Program-made: the position numbers and the translations under genes | Assembly (NCBI GenBank): GCA_016181935.1 | Contig: JACOYI010000003.1 | Span: 35,741-99,740, forward strand | Origin: Candidatus Niyogibacteria bacterium | GTDB lineage: Bacteria > Patescibacteriota > Minisyncoccia > HO2-45-28 | DNA: 64,000 bases | Direction of reading: 5' to 3' | Notes under the pieces: model-generated | Told to the model about the DNA's origin: nothing | Database searches by the model: none | What the model saw: only the letters and a program-made list of their open reading frames with translations | Part shown: piece by piece, positions 36,052 through 44,781 of the stretch | How the letters are laid out: every line of letters begins with the position of its first letter | How positions within the stretch are numbered: the stretch's first letter is position 1

Positions 36052-37893
36052 CTATGGGTTTTTAATACGCGCCCTGGGTTTTCGCCAAGATGCCGCCGAT
36101 GCTCGCAATGCGAGCTTTGGCGGGACAAGCCGTGCTAAGGCGTTAAGGGGGAAACTCCAGAGGTTCGAATCCTCTCGCCTCCGCAATCTTGGAATGTCTG
36201 CCTCGAAAGGCAGGCATTTCCGTTTATTCACGCGATATTTTTTAGGTTCGATTGCTATTGTGGTTGAAGGAAAACGATTTGCGATCATCGAATAAAAATC
36301 GAGCGGTTTTTTCAAGGAAATACTCAACTTTTCGTCTTTTAGGGTTAGGTTCGATTCAGAAAGCGACATAAAGACCGCCCGCTTCTGTTCCGGCGCGCCA
36401 TTTTCAAACCACATCCGTGCTGCAACGGCAAAATTGAAGGAGTTCTCCGCCCAATCGATCCATTCCTCAATCTTGCGACCGGTGTCTTGTTGGGCTTCTT
36501 CGAGTTGCTTCTTTTGAGCCAAAAGGGTTTTGCGTTGCGGCTCGTATTCCTCGAGCGTTAGGAGTTCGCCGCTGGCGTTTTTCGGCGATGTATAGAGTTG
36601 CGTCAAATTCTGTAATTCGGCAACAACGTCTTTATAGCGCTTCTGTTGGGAGTCGATGACCGCGTTTTGGTTTTTAACGGTCTCAACATTGTCTTTCGAT
36701 AGTTCCTCAAGCGCCCACTGGCTGAACTCTTGGGAAAGTTTGAATCCTTTGATCTCATTGTCAATGAGTTTCTCCAAAACTTCGGCGCGCATGAATTTCT
36801 GGGTGCACTTCTTATTCTTCTGCTTGGTGCAATGGTAATAAACGTAGTGGAGGATTGTCGGCTTTTTCATTTCTTCAATCCTCGTTTTGCATTGGGGACA
36901 AGCATCTTTGCTCTTGTAAGCAAATTTATATTTACACTTCGTGCAAATGAGTTGATGTTTTTCTTCTGCGGTTACCATCCCGCCGCACTCGCCGCATTCA
37001 ATCTTCCCCGTGTAGGAAAAATGGTGGTTGGTGTGCGATCTTGGCTTTCCTTTCCTGCCGAGCTTCACTTGGATACGGTCAAAGTCATCCTCGGTAATCA
37101 TGGGTGTATGCGCGCCTTTGACGAGATCGCGCTCACCTGTTTCTTCGTTCTTTACTCCAAAGTAGCCGTAGTAAAACGGCTCGGTGAGAATTTTATAAAT
37201 TGCGGAGATGGGAAGATGCCGACCGCCCTGCCGTTTTGTTTGCCGTGTTTTTAAACCCCATTTTACTATTTCTTTTTGAATCCTGCGTACTGAATATTCT
37301 TCGCTCAAGAAAAGTTGGAAGAGACGCTGCACGAGAGGGAAACGTTCGGGGTCAGAGATAATATTTCGTTCACCCTTTGGTTTATCAAGATTGTTGAGAT
37401 ATCCGATGGGTGCGATGCCGTTCCTCCATCCCTGAAGGACTTTTGTCCGGTGTCCACGTTTTACGCTTGCGATCATGTCATCGGAATACTTTTTTGCCAT
37501 GCCGAATTCTATTTGCAGGATGAACTTATCATCAGACGAATTGTAATAAGTTTTGAAAGGCGTGCGCACTTCATCAATGTGTCCTTCGTCCATCAAGGTG
37601 ATTACCCAGCCACCGTCTAAGGCGTTGCGGGCAATGCGGTTCGGCTGCCAGACAAGGAAGGCATTTATTTTGCCCTCCTCCATCATGCTCATGAGTTGAG
37701 CAAACACCGGCCTTCCCCGTTTGTGGGCGGATTTTTCCTCTCGGTAAGTGCCGAGGACTCTGAGGTTGTGTTTCTTTGCGTACTCCTTTAGTTCGCGCTC
37801 CTGCGAATCAATCGAAAGCACCTGCTTATCCTTGTCCTCGGTGGACTTCCGGCAGTAGATGACGTATTTAAGTTTCTCGTTTTGGGTTGTCAT
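36052..37893 (-). CDS. large serine recombinase (phage integrase/transposase type)
   Basis: N-terminal resolvase catalytic domain YCRKSTEDKDKQVLSIDSQ, recombinase domain, Cys4 zinc ribbon (CGECGG...CTKC...CPQC) and coiled coil. The C-terminal ~45 codons read through the tRNA-Ser fragment, so the exact stop is uncertain. Confidence 0.85.
   Translation of the reverse strand: MTTQNEKLKYVIYCRKSTEDKDKQVLSIDSQERELKEYAKKHNLRVLGTYREEKSAHKRGRPVFAQLMSMMEEGKINAFLVWQPNRIARNALDGGWVITLMDEGHIDEVRTPFKTYYNSSDDKFILQIEFGMAKKYSDDMIASVKRGHRTKVLQGWRNGIAPIGYLNNLDKPKGERNIISDPERFPLVQRLFQLFLSEEYSVRRIQKEIVKWGLKTRQTKRQGGRHLPISAIYKILTEPFYYGYFGVKNEETGERDLVKGAHTPMITEDDFDRIQVKLGRKGKPRSHTNHHFSYTGKIECGECGGMVTAEEKHQLICTKCKYKFAYKSKDACPQCKTRIEEMKKPTILHYVYYHCTKQKNKKCTQKFMRAEVLEKLIDNEIKGFKLSQEFSQWALEELSKDNVETVKNQNAVIDSQQKRYKDVVAELQNLTQLYTSPKNASGELLTLEEYEPQRKTLLAQKKQLEEAQQDTGRKIEEWIDWAENSFNFAVAARMWFENGAPEQKRAVFMSLSESNLTLKDEKLSISLKKPLDFYSMIANRFPSTTIAIEPKKYRVNKRKCLPFEADIPRLRRREDSNLWSFPLNALARLVPPKLALRASAASWRKPRARIKNP
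36130..36184 (+). pseudogene. tRNA-Ser(GCU) 3' partial copy (anticodon loop to 3' end, near-identical apart from a 3-nt deletion)
   Basis: CCGTGCTAAGGCGTTAAGGGGGAAACTCC-AGAGGTTCGAATCCTCTCGCCTCCGC lies about 78 bp downstream of the complete tRNA and inside the 3' end of the recombinase ORF. Confidence 0.75.
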
Positions 37894-37926
37894 TTTGTGT
37901 ACACCAACATTATGGCCGAACTTTGG

Positions 37927-38253
37927 CTAAAGCCAAGGGCGGAGTGGATTTTCTCCATCTCGCGGATATTCCCAGTTAAGTTCGCGGATTTTCTCATAAA
38001 ACTCCCGTACTGCTTCAACGACCCCCGCTCGCCATTTAAGGAGATCAGCCGATAAGTCGGATTTCCTTTTCTCCTCGGCCGTGAGCTTTGCGCATGCTCG
38101 CCACAGAAGCTTGGTAGTATAGCTCCGGTTTAAATGGAGCCCTTGCCGGTCAATCTCCCTCCATAAGTACCGCGCGCTCATATTCGGGTTTTGTGAGAAA
38201 ATCGCGTATACCTTCTCGAGGTGTAACTCTTGCTGTTCTTTTGAATATTTCAT
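37927..38253 (-). CDS. hypothetical protein (108 aa), island gene
   Basis: AT-rich codon usage typical of the island. Lies between the recombinase and the replication-like gene. Confidence 0.45.
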   Translation of the reverse strand: MKYSKEQQELHLEKVYAIFSQNPNMSARYLWREIDRQGLHLNRSYTTKLLWRACAKLTAEEKRKSDLSADLLKWRAGVVEAVREFYEKIRELNWEYPRDGENPLRPWL

Positions 38254-38324
38254 GGATTATTATTTAATGGTTCGGTCTGCTCTACTGGTACGTTTTGTCC
38301 ACCTTTGTGGCCTACGATGGATTA

Positions 38325-38921
38325 TCATTCCATTCCGTACTGGCGTTTTGACCTTCTTTCCTCCCACGCGGCTTCCTCCTGTGCTTCAGTCCTCATCCTA
38401 TCAGGCAACACCTTTCGCCTTATGAGCTCTTTTTTCATTTCTTCTAAAAGTTTTATCCTATCCTTCTTTTGTGAATCCTTCTCTTGTGCATCCTTCGTGG
38501 CTCCACCGGAACCCGCACGAAGTTCTACAGGAGCCAACATCATAGGTCTGACGGTTCTCTCATCCCGTCTTTTTAATGGCTCTGTGGGAGCCAGCAAACC
38601 CTTACTTTTCCATTCTGATTTATCAAGAAGCCAGTAGGTATTGCTCATGCGTCCGCCGAGGCGCTGTTTCCGGATAATATTCCAAGCCAGAAGTTCTTTA
38701 AGGCCACGCTTAACCGACTTTGTAGAAATGTGATGCTGTTCCGCAATCCGCCTGATAGACGGGAACGCTTTTTGCGCTTTGTCGGCGTGCCGACAAAGGG
38801 AAAGGTAGGCGCACGTTGCATACGGACTCATTAACCTCGCGTAGCCGTTCAAATATGAATCATCAATGATGAACTGCTCTTTTTTGCGCAGATCTCTGAC
38901 TTTGAAATAACCATCGTTCAT
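38325..38921 (-). CDS. helix-turn-helix replication-organizer-like protein (DnaD/phage replisome organizer N-terminal-like)
   Basis: FIIDDSYLNGYARLMSPYATCAYLSLCRHADKAQKAFPSIRRIAEQHHISTKSVKRGLKELLAWNII is a wHTH of the replication-initiator type. Start MNDGYFKV with AGGAAAAG RBS. Charged C-terminal tail. Confidence 0.55.
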   Translation of the reverse strand: MNDGYFKVRDLRKKEQFIIDDSYLNGYARLMSPYATCAYLSLCRHADKAQKAFPSIRRIAEQHHISTKSVKRGLKELLAWNIIRKQRLGGRMSNTYWLLDKSEWKSKGLLAPTEPLKRRDERTVRPMMLAPVELRAGSGGATKDAQEKDSQKKDRIKLLEEMKKELIRRKVLPDRMRTEAQEEAAWEERRSKRQYGME

Positions 38922-39109
38922 AACTTTTCCTGCTCTTTGAGAAGCTGGTTGTACCGATCCAGCCATTCTTTCGGCATTGGCTGATAAACAACTCGGGCAA
39001 GGTTCAAAAGTCGTTGCGCCTGTTCAGCCGCCTCATCGTGCGAAATCTCAATGCCAAACTCCTTTTGGTAAATCGCTCGGTATTTTTCAATGGCTTGCTC
39101 GGAAAGCAT
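38918..39109 (-). CDS. small hypothetical protein (63 aa)
   Basis: Overlaps the downstream gene start by 4 nt. No clear RBS. Confidence 0.3.
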   Translation of the reverse strand: MLSEQAIEKYRAIYQKEFGIEISHDEAAEQAQRLLNLARVVYQPMPKEWLDRYNQLLKEQEKL

Positions 39110-39155
39110 GGAATTGGTGAACGGCCTTCATCGCGGCTGGAACTCGCGACACGGC

Positions 39156-39410
39156 CTAATTTTGTGCGTACAGGCGCGTCTTTATGGCTCGGAGTTCGTC
39201 AAAATATGCCTGCGGTTCGACCTTTAACTCTTTCCGCCAGAATGCCGCGACAAGCTCGTCAAGCTCCTCGCTATGCGGAAAAACAAAATAAGCCCGACGA
39301 TAATCGGTCTTGTCTATGGCCTCAAGAGGCACAAAAAGAGAAAGCGCGGCTGCAAGCGCGAGATCCGCCGTTCGATAAAAATCTTTGGATTGTAGTTTTT
39401 GCATAGTCAT
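39156..39410 (-). CDS. small hypothetical protein (84 aa)
   Basis: Island codon usage. The ATG is preceded by an AT-rich leader. Confidence 0.4.
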   Translation of the reverse strand: MTMQKLQSKDFYRTADLALAAALSLFVPLEAIDKTDYRRAYFVFPHSEELDELVAAFWRKELKVEPQAYFDELRAIKTRLYAQN

Positions 39411-39434
39411 TGTAATTGCTTATTATTTTTTCTT

Positions 39435-39475
39435 GCTTTCAGTAAAACAAAACCTCTCGGCGCGAAATGCCGAGA
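39435..39475 (-). terminator. terminator CTCTCGGC-GCGAAAT-GCCGAGAG plus U-run (minus strand)
   Basis: Perfect 8-bp stem followed by GTTTTGTTTTACTG on the minus strand, after the 39583 ORF stop. Confidence 0.55.
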
Positions 39476-39582
39476 GTACGAGGGAGGAGATTTTTCTTTT
39501 TAGAGAATGGTTTTAGGCAACAAAAAAGAAGGTTTTTGACAAACCCTCTCAACCGGTCAAGCCGGCAAGAAAAATGTACTCT

Positions 39583-40410
39583 CTAACCCTCTAACTCAAG
39601 CCAGAATGTTCTTTTTTGGGCGTCAGTACGGTATCGGATTTTTCCTTGAAGTTTTTCATTCTTTTGCAATTCTTTTTTTGTAAATTCAATAAGCTCCACC
39701 ATACGAGTATGGCGCTGTGGGCTGTAATCAATCAACCGGCTATCACCCTTATCTTTTGGCAGGCGGATCGCTTCAAATACGGCATCTATATTTTTCTGAA
39801 CCCCGAAATGCGGCTCGCAGAGGGTTTGCAAAAGTTTGAAATGCCGCGACCTGCTTGATCCAACGAGAATCTTTTCCCTTTGTTTATAAAATTTAAAGTA
39901 TCCCTTGCCCCCTTCGATAAGCGTGTATGGTTTCGCTGGTTCATCAACCGACACTTTTTTATCAGTTGGTTGGAGCTTAGTTTCCGTGGGAGCGGTTGCA
40001 CCTTTTGGTTTTGCCTTTATGATCTCCCACGCCCTATACACGATCTTGTCATTGTAGCTATGGGGGAACGCCCAATGCTGGATAACGTTATGAAATTCTT
40101 TGGCATCAAGCCCCAGTTTCAAGCCGTTTTCAAAAAGTTTATATGTCTCATCAAATTTCTCTCCAAGAGTTAGATGGAACAGGACTGGCTTGCCATCGCG
40201 CCCCAGAGGAACATCGGGCACTGCTTCATAGGTAACCGCATGATACCCCCGCAGCATTCTTAAGAGTTTACGCTGTGTTGCGAGATCCGGCGTATTCTCG
40301 CCGGTTTCCGAAAGCGTGAATTCTCCATTTTCTGGCGTCAAAAGACGATCCTTTTTAATTGCCTGCAACATCCACCAAATATTTTGAATAAAAAAATCGT
40401 GTGGGGTCAT
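39583..40410 (-). CDS. hypothetical protein (~275 aa), island gene
   Basis: Start MTPHDFFIQ.... Upstream TGTAAT-TGTAAT direct repeat. No recognisable motifs. Confidence 0.5.
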   Translation of the reverse strand: MTPHDFFIQNIWWMLQAIKKDRLLTPENGEFTLSETGENTPDLATQRKLLRMLRGYHAVTYEAVPDVPLGRDGKPVLFHLTLGEKFDETYKLFENGLKLGLDAKEFHNVIQHWAFPHSYNDKIVYRAWEIIKAKPKGATAPTETKLQPTDKKVSVDEPAKPYTLIEGGKGYFKFYKQREKILVGSSRSRHFKLLQTLCEPHFGVQKNIDAVFEAIRLPKDKGDSRLIDYSPQRHTRMVELIEFTKKELQKNEKLQGKIRYRTDAQKRTFWLELEG

Positions 40411-40554
40411 TGTAATTGTAATGTTTAATTTTAATGCCCCCGATTTGCCTCGTTCCTCTAAAAGTTGCACAAAATCCGATAAATGTAAACGTCGCGCTTT
40501 AGTTTTTACGAGTCGATCCTATACAAGATTTACCAAAAATGATAGCGTGATTTT

Positions 40555-41256
40555 ATGAATATAAACACGCTAGTCAAGAAGTTGCACATAATCAAAGATA
40601 AGGGTTTCATAAAAACTCACCGTGCTCACGATACTGGGATTGGTAAAACTCTGGAAGATTTGCTGGAAATAAAAGAAAATAATTTGCAACTCCCTGATGT
40701 CGGAAAGATTGAATTGAAGGCAAAAAGGATCGACTCGGGGAGCATGCTCACTGTTGCCACTAAATCACCCTTACCAAAAGGCGTGAATAGGATTTTATTT
40801 GAGAAGTATAAATATAGGGATAAAGAAGGAAAATATAATCTTCACTCTACCGTGTGCGGTTCGCGAACCAACAGACAAGGACTTAGGGTTGTTTTGAAAA
40901 ACGATAAGTTAATTTTGAAAAATACCTACAACGTTGAGGCATATTGGCCTCTTTCTATTTTCGATGATGTTTTAAAGAGCAAATCAAATAAGATATTGCT
41001 CATTTTTGCTGAAACAAAAGGCGAGAGAAAAACTCCAAGCGAAAAATTTCACTACAGCGAGGCCTATTTACTTTCGGGGCTTAATAGTAAAAAGTTCAAA
41101 TCTGCCATAGAAAAAGATAAACTAAAGGTTGATATTCGAATTGGGGTATATCGAAGCGGCAAATTCAAAGGACGCTATCACGATCATGGCACTGGATTTC
41201 GAATCAATAAAAAAGACTTCCTCCAACTTTTTGATCATTACAAAAAGCTCATTTAG
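40555..41256 (+). CDS. type II restriction endonuclease, MutH/MvaI/BcnI-like PD-(D/E)xK family
   Basis: LPDVGKIELKAKR is a PD...ELK catalytic motif as in MutH. LLIFAETKGERKTPSEKFHYSEAYLL and YHDHGTGFRI resemble conserved MvaI/BcnI blocks. Convergent with and overlapping the methyltransferase by 8 nt. Confidence 0.65.
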   Translation: MNINTLVKKLHIIKDKGFIKTHRAHDTGIGKTLEDLLEIKENNLQLPDVGKIELKAKRIDSGSMLTVATKSPLPKGVNRILFEKYKYRDKEGKYNLHSTVCGSRTNRQGLRVVLKNDKLILKNTYNVEAYWPLSIFDDVLKSKSNKILLIFAETKGERKTPSEKFHYSEAYLLSGLNSKKFKSAIEKDKLKVDIRIGVYRSGKFKGRYHDHGTGFRINKKDFLQLFDHYKKLI

Positions 41257-43114
41257 TTTTTCTCAGAACAACGATACTTTCTCTTGTCATCGTTTCTTCT
41301 AGCTCGCCGGCGATATTGGTGGGGGAATTTTTAATTGGCATTCTTTTGCCTGGTATATTGCGTACCACAATATTCTCACAATTGAACCCGATTTGCTCTG
41401 CGAGTTCGGCAATAATAAAATCGGTCGGTAGTCTTACTTGCTTAACTAAACGATTTCCGATAACGAGACAAAAATACTTATTTGGTTTTAATATCTGATG
41501 GGCTTTTTTAAGGCAATCATTTAGTCCGATATAAAAACTCAAAACATCTTTTGCTCTCTTGGGGTCTCGTTCGTCGATCTTTTTTAGAGAATCTTTGAGA
41601 TAATCTGACGCCAATGAATTTCTTAACTCAATGACAGGCTTACCGCCTAGCAACTTGTTGTCAACTCCGGAAGCTTCATTTGGATCATCAAACATATCAA
41701 TCCACTGTGAAGAAAGCCGTGAAAACTGACCGTAGGCGACAGTCGTTCTACTGTCTCCATAGGGTGGGGAGGTGATAATAAAATCAATGGATTCGTCTTT
41801 TATGCCGTTATCTTTTGAAGAATCTCCGTATATAATTTTTGCCCATGTGTTTCTATCAACGTCACGGTAATAACTCTCCATGCCTTTCATGTTGAGCTCC
41901 GTTCTTTTTTTAAATGTGGCTAAAACATCGGGGCTGTGATTTTCAAGATTTTCTTTTTTAATTCTCACAAGCTTAAATTCTCCGCTCTTTGTATTTGACA
42001 CTTTCCTGACAGTTTCACTAAAAGCAACCATGAAGAAATTTCGGATATTTTTACTGGAGATTTCCTGTATAGCTTTTTTTATTTTTGCCAACTCGATGAC
42101 TACTTTTTCTTTAAACCAAAATTCAACGTTATTAAATACCGGCTTCTTAATCTGATTGTTTTTAATCTCGCCGATTTTTTTTAGGAGTTTTAAATACTCC
42201 TTATTGAGAATCGCGGGGTCAATAGGGGTTGTTTTTGTTTTTGCAAGAAAGATGGCAAGTGGGTTTAAATCAATACCATGCGCATTTCGGCCTAACAGAC
42301 GACTCTCAATCAAGGCCGTGCCGGAGCCACAAAAGATGTCGCAAACCGTATCTCCCTTTTTGCTGTAAGTTAGTAAAAGTCGCCTTGCAACGTGAGGGAT
42401 AAACATTGCGGGGTATGTGTGAAAACCGTGAGTGTATGGTTTGGTATTAACTCTTTCAAAATCCCATGAGTAGTCGATCTGTCTTTGAAGTTTATGATCA
42501 GATACTTTTTCTTTCTCGGTTGGCTTTTCGAGATTTCTAATAATTCTTACAACAACACCGCGAACCTCTAACTCTTTTGTGTAAATTGGGAATAGAGTTG
42601 GATTTGCTGGTTGCAATCTGAAACGATCCTTTTCTCGATAAATCCGTTTTAGCGTTGCCTCGTTGTCATTAATAATCGCAACTACAGTTTGTCCGTTATC
42701 AGCGATGTTCTGCTGCCGAATGACAACAATATCTCCGTCATAGATTCCATCGTCTATCATGCTATTTCCTTGCACTCGTAGGGCATAATGATTGCCGAAC
42801 TTTCCAATGTCGTCTTTCGCAACTGTGATTGTTTCTGGAATTTCTATGGCCTCGATGGGCGTGCCGGCGGCAATCGTACCCAAAAGAGGAATTTTAATCG
42901 TTCTGCTGTTTTTTTCTGCCGACATCGCGCGCGGCTGGTTAACCTCGCGCTGTAAATATCCGGCTTCTTGCAGTCTCTTAACATGAAAATGCGCCGTAGA
43001 AACCGAAGCAAGTTTAAAGCGCCTCCGAATCTCCTCTAAGGATGGGGCGTACCTTTTCTTTGCGCTATATTGTTTTATGAATTCCAAAACTTCCTTTGGA
43101 CGCTTTGTTAACAT
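41249..43114 (-). CDS. LexA-like repressor (wHTH plus S24 autopeptidase) fused in-frame to an amino-DNA methyltransferase (motif I FCGSGT, motif IV SPPY)
   Basis: N-terminal ~205 aa: LTKRPKEVLEFI, HLKAL-like helix, IPLLGTIAAGTPIEA (Ala-Gly cleavage site), LRVQGNSMIDDGIYDGDIVV (Ser nucleophile), GQTVVAIINDNEATLKRIY (Lys), VVVRIIRN. The following ~420 aa carry HGFHTYPAMF...DIFCGSGTALIESRLLGRNAHGIDLNP and IDFIITSPPYG. The reading frame is continuous over 621 aa. Confidence 0.85.
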   Translation of the reverse strand: MLTKRPKEVLEFIKQYSAKKRYAPSLEEIRRRFKLASVSTAHFHVKRLQEAGYLQREVNQPRAMSAEKNSRTIKIPLLGTIAAGTPIEAIEIPETITVAKDDIGKFGNHYALRVQGNSMIDDGIYDGDIVVIRQQNIADNGQTVVAIINDNEATLKRIYREKDRFRLQPANPTLFPIYTKELEVRGVVVRIIRNLEKPTEKEKVSDHKLQRQIDYSWDFERVNTKPYTHGFHTYPAMFIPHVARRLLLTYSKKGDTVCDIFCGSGTALIESRLLGRNAHGIDLNPLAIFLAKTKTTPIDPAILNKEYLKLLKKIGEIKNNQIKKPVFNNVEFWFKEKVVIELAKIKKAIQEISSKNIRNFFMVAFSETVRKVSNTKSGEFKLVRIKKENLENHSPDVLATFKKRTELNMKGMESYYRDVDRNTWAKIIYGDSSKDNGIKDESIDFIITSPPYGDSRTTVAYGQFSRLSSQWIDMFDDPNEASGVDNKLLGGKPVIELRNSLASDYLKDSLKKIDERDPKRAKDVLSFYIGLNDCLKKAHQILKPNKYFCLVIGNRLVKQVRLPTDFIIAELAEQIGFNCENIVVRNIPGKRMPIKNSPTNIAGELEETMTRESIVVLRKTK

Positions 43115-43252
43115 GGCTGTGTATTGCTTTTTATCCCGCACTTAAAGTATAATAGAAAATAAATAGAAAGTCGAAAGTCGGGTTATCCCCAGCTTCATGT
43201 GATAAGTTCGATGGGGGTTGAAATATCCTAAAAATGTGATAAAAAATAAGAA

Positions 43253-44035
43253 ATGTTTGCAACCCAAGAAGAACAAAACAAATACATCAAAGAAACCTAT
43301 CCTGAAATCACTGATAATCGTATTGACGAAGCGCATTGGGATCTTCACTGTTCAAGATGTGAAATAACGCGAGGGTTTTTTGTTACCGAAATGGGCTTTG
43401 CCCACCAACAAACCCGTTATAGCGGCGTCTCTTTGAATCAACCACATGGATTCACATTCCATTGCCCAGTGTGCAAGTTGTATAAGCTCTGGATTGTTTT
43501 TGAGATTTCAGGCAACGAAACAAAAGAAGATGGCAGTCAGGGGTGGGTCAAGAGGTGTTACAAAGTGACATCTCTACCAAGCGAAGGATTAGAGGAGATA
43601 GAACAACTTCCAGAAAATCCCTCGTCTCTCCGCATTGCGTATAGGCAGGCAATACGGGCAATGGATGCGAATGCACACATCGCTGCTGCGGCTATGTTTC
43701 GGCGAGCGCTCCAAATCATCACGCGGGAGATTTTGAAAGCTAAACATGGATCTCTGGCAGATGAGCTAGATTCGCTTGTGGGCACAGAGTTCAACGGAGT
43801 AAAACTTACAAACAACTTCGCTACGAATGGTTACATCATTAGGGAATCAGGGAATCAAGGAGCGCACCCCGACAAAGACCCCGACTTATTGGATTTCACT
43901 CAGCAAGATGCGGAGGATCTACAGGGGATTTTCATGGAGCTTGTCAGTGAGCTTTTTATCGCGCCCGAAGCAATGAAAAAAGCTAAGCAGGAGTTTGTGC
44001 AAAGGAGGAAGATTGCGCCACCAAAAATAGTCTAA
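43253..44035 (+). CDS. zinc-ribbon N-terminal domain plus C-terminal DUF4145 domain protein
   Basis: HCSRC...HCPVC Cys pairs. C-terminus AMFRRALQIITREIL...IRESGNQGAHPD matches DUF4145 (R..LE...IR..GN..AH). Confidence 0.6.
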   Translation: MFATQEEQNKYIKETYPEITDNRIDEAHWDLHCSRCEITRGFFVTEMGFAHQQTRYSGVSLNQPHGFTFHCPVCKLYKLWIVFEISGNETKEDGSQGWVKRCYKVTSLPSEGLEEIEQLPENPSSLRIAYRQAIRAMDANAHIAAAAMFRRALQIITREILKAKHGSLADELDSLVGTEFNGVKLTNNFATNGYIIRESGNQGAHPDKDPDLLDFTQQDAEDLQGIFMELVSELFIAPEAMKKAKQEFVQRRKIAPPKIV

Positions 44036-44050
44036 GATAAAAACTTTTCT

Positions 44051-44599
44051 ATGGATATAAACGAGAAAATCGCCCCTATCTATTCAGAGCTACAAGGATA
44101 CCTTGCACAAGCGCCAGAAAAAGATAAAGAAATCTTCGTTGAAGCTGTTTGGGAACGATACAATCAAACCGTTGAGGAGCTCAATAATGTTTCTGGAAAA
44201 AACTATGATGGTTACCGTGTTCAACCAAGAAGATGGGCGAATACCACGAATCCATGTGTAGCTACTCTTGATTATCGCACCAAGCTCGGAGGAATCATTG
44301 CGCGATTACATCGAGAGTATTTTTCGGATGAAGCAGCGCCTTTCAGCGGAATGCCGAATACCGTAATCAATCAAAGTCAACACCAATACCAATCCATTCA
44401 GATGCTTCTCGAAATACAAGATAAAATCAGTGAGAAGTTTTATCAAGCAACTGAAGGTAGTAAAGAAAAAACTTTTTTGGAAAAAGTGAAAAGTTCTCTG
44501 TCCTCTGTTCGGAATGCTACGGAACTACTCTCGTTGATTATGAAAACAGCAAAAGACATAGGACTGTCGGTCGATGAACTTATAAAACTTTTTATGTAA
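44051..44599 (+). CDS. hypothetical protein (182 aa), co-operonic with the DUF4145 gene
   Basis: 16-nt gap from the upstream gene. Island codon usage. Confidence 0.5.
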   Translation: MDINEKIAPIYSELQGYLAQAPEKDKEIFVEAVWERYNQTVEELNNVSGKNYDGYRVQPRRWANTTNPCVATLDYRTKLGGIIARLHREYFSDEAAPFSGMPNTVINQSQHQYQSIQMLLEIQDKISEKFYQATEGSKEKTFLEKVKSSLSSVRNATELLSLIMKTAKDIGLSVDELIKLFM

Positions 44600-44601
44600 A
44601 T

Positions 44602-44781
44602 ATGGGAAAAGAAACATACAAGCTCAAAGTATTTTGTGTTAACTGCAATTTTAAGGGCGAGATCGAGATTCCGAAGGGGGTTGCTTACAAAAGCCAAGAG
44701 TGTCCGAACTGCGGAGTTACGGGATTGGAACGCGTGCTTGAGCCCGCAAGATTGATTCCTGATATTCCCAACTATTTTTAG
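44602..44781 (+). CDS. small zinc-ribbon protein (59 aa), below the ORF-track length cutoff
   Basis: MGKETYKLKVFCVNCNFKGEIEIPKGVAYKSQECPNCGV has CxxC-N19-CxxC. The start abuts the upstream stop. Confidence 0.4.
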   Translation: MGKETYKLKVFCVNCNFKGEIEIPKGVAYKSQECPNCGVTGLERVLEPARLIPDIPNYF

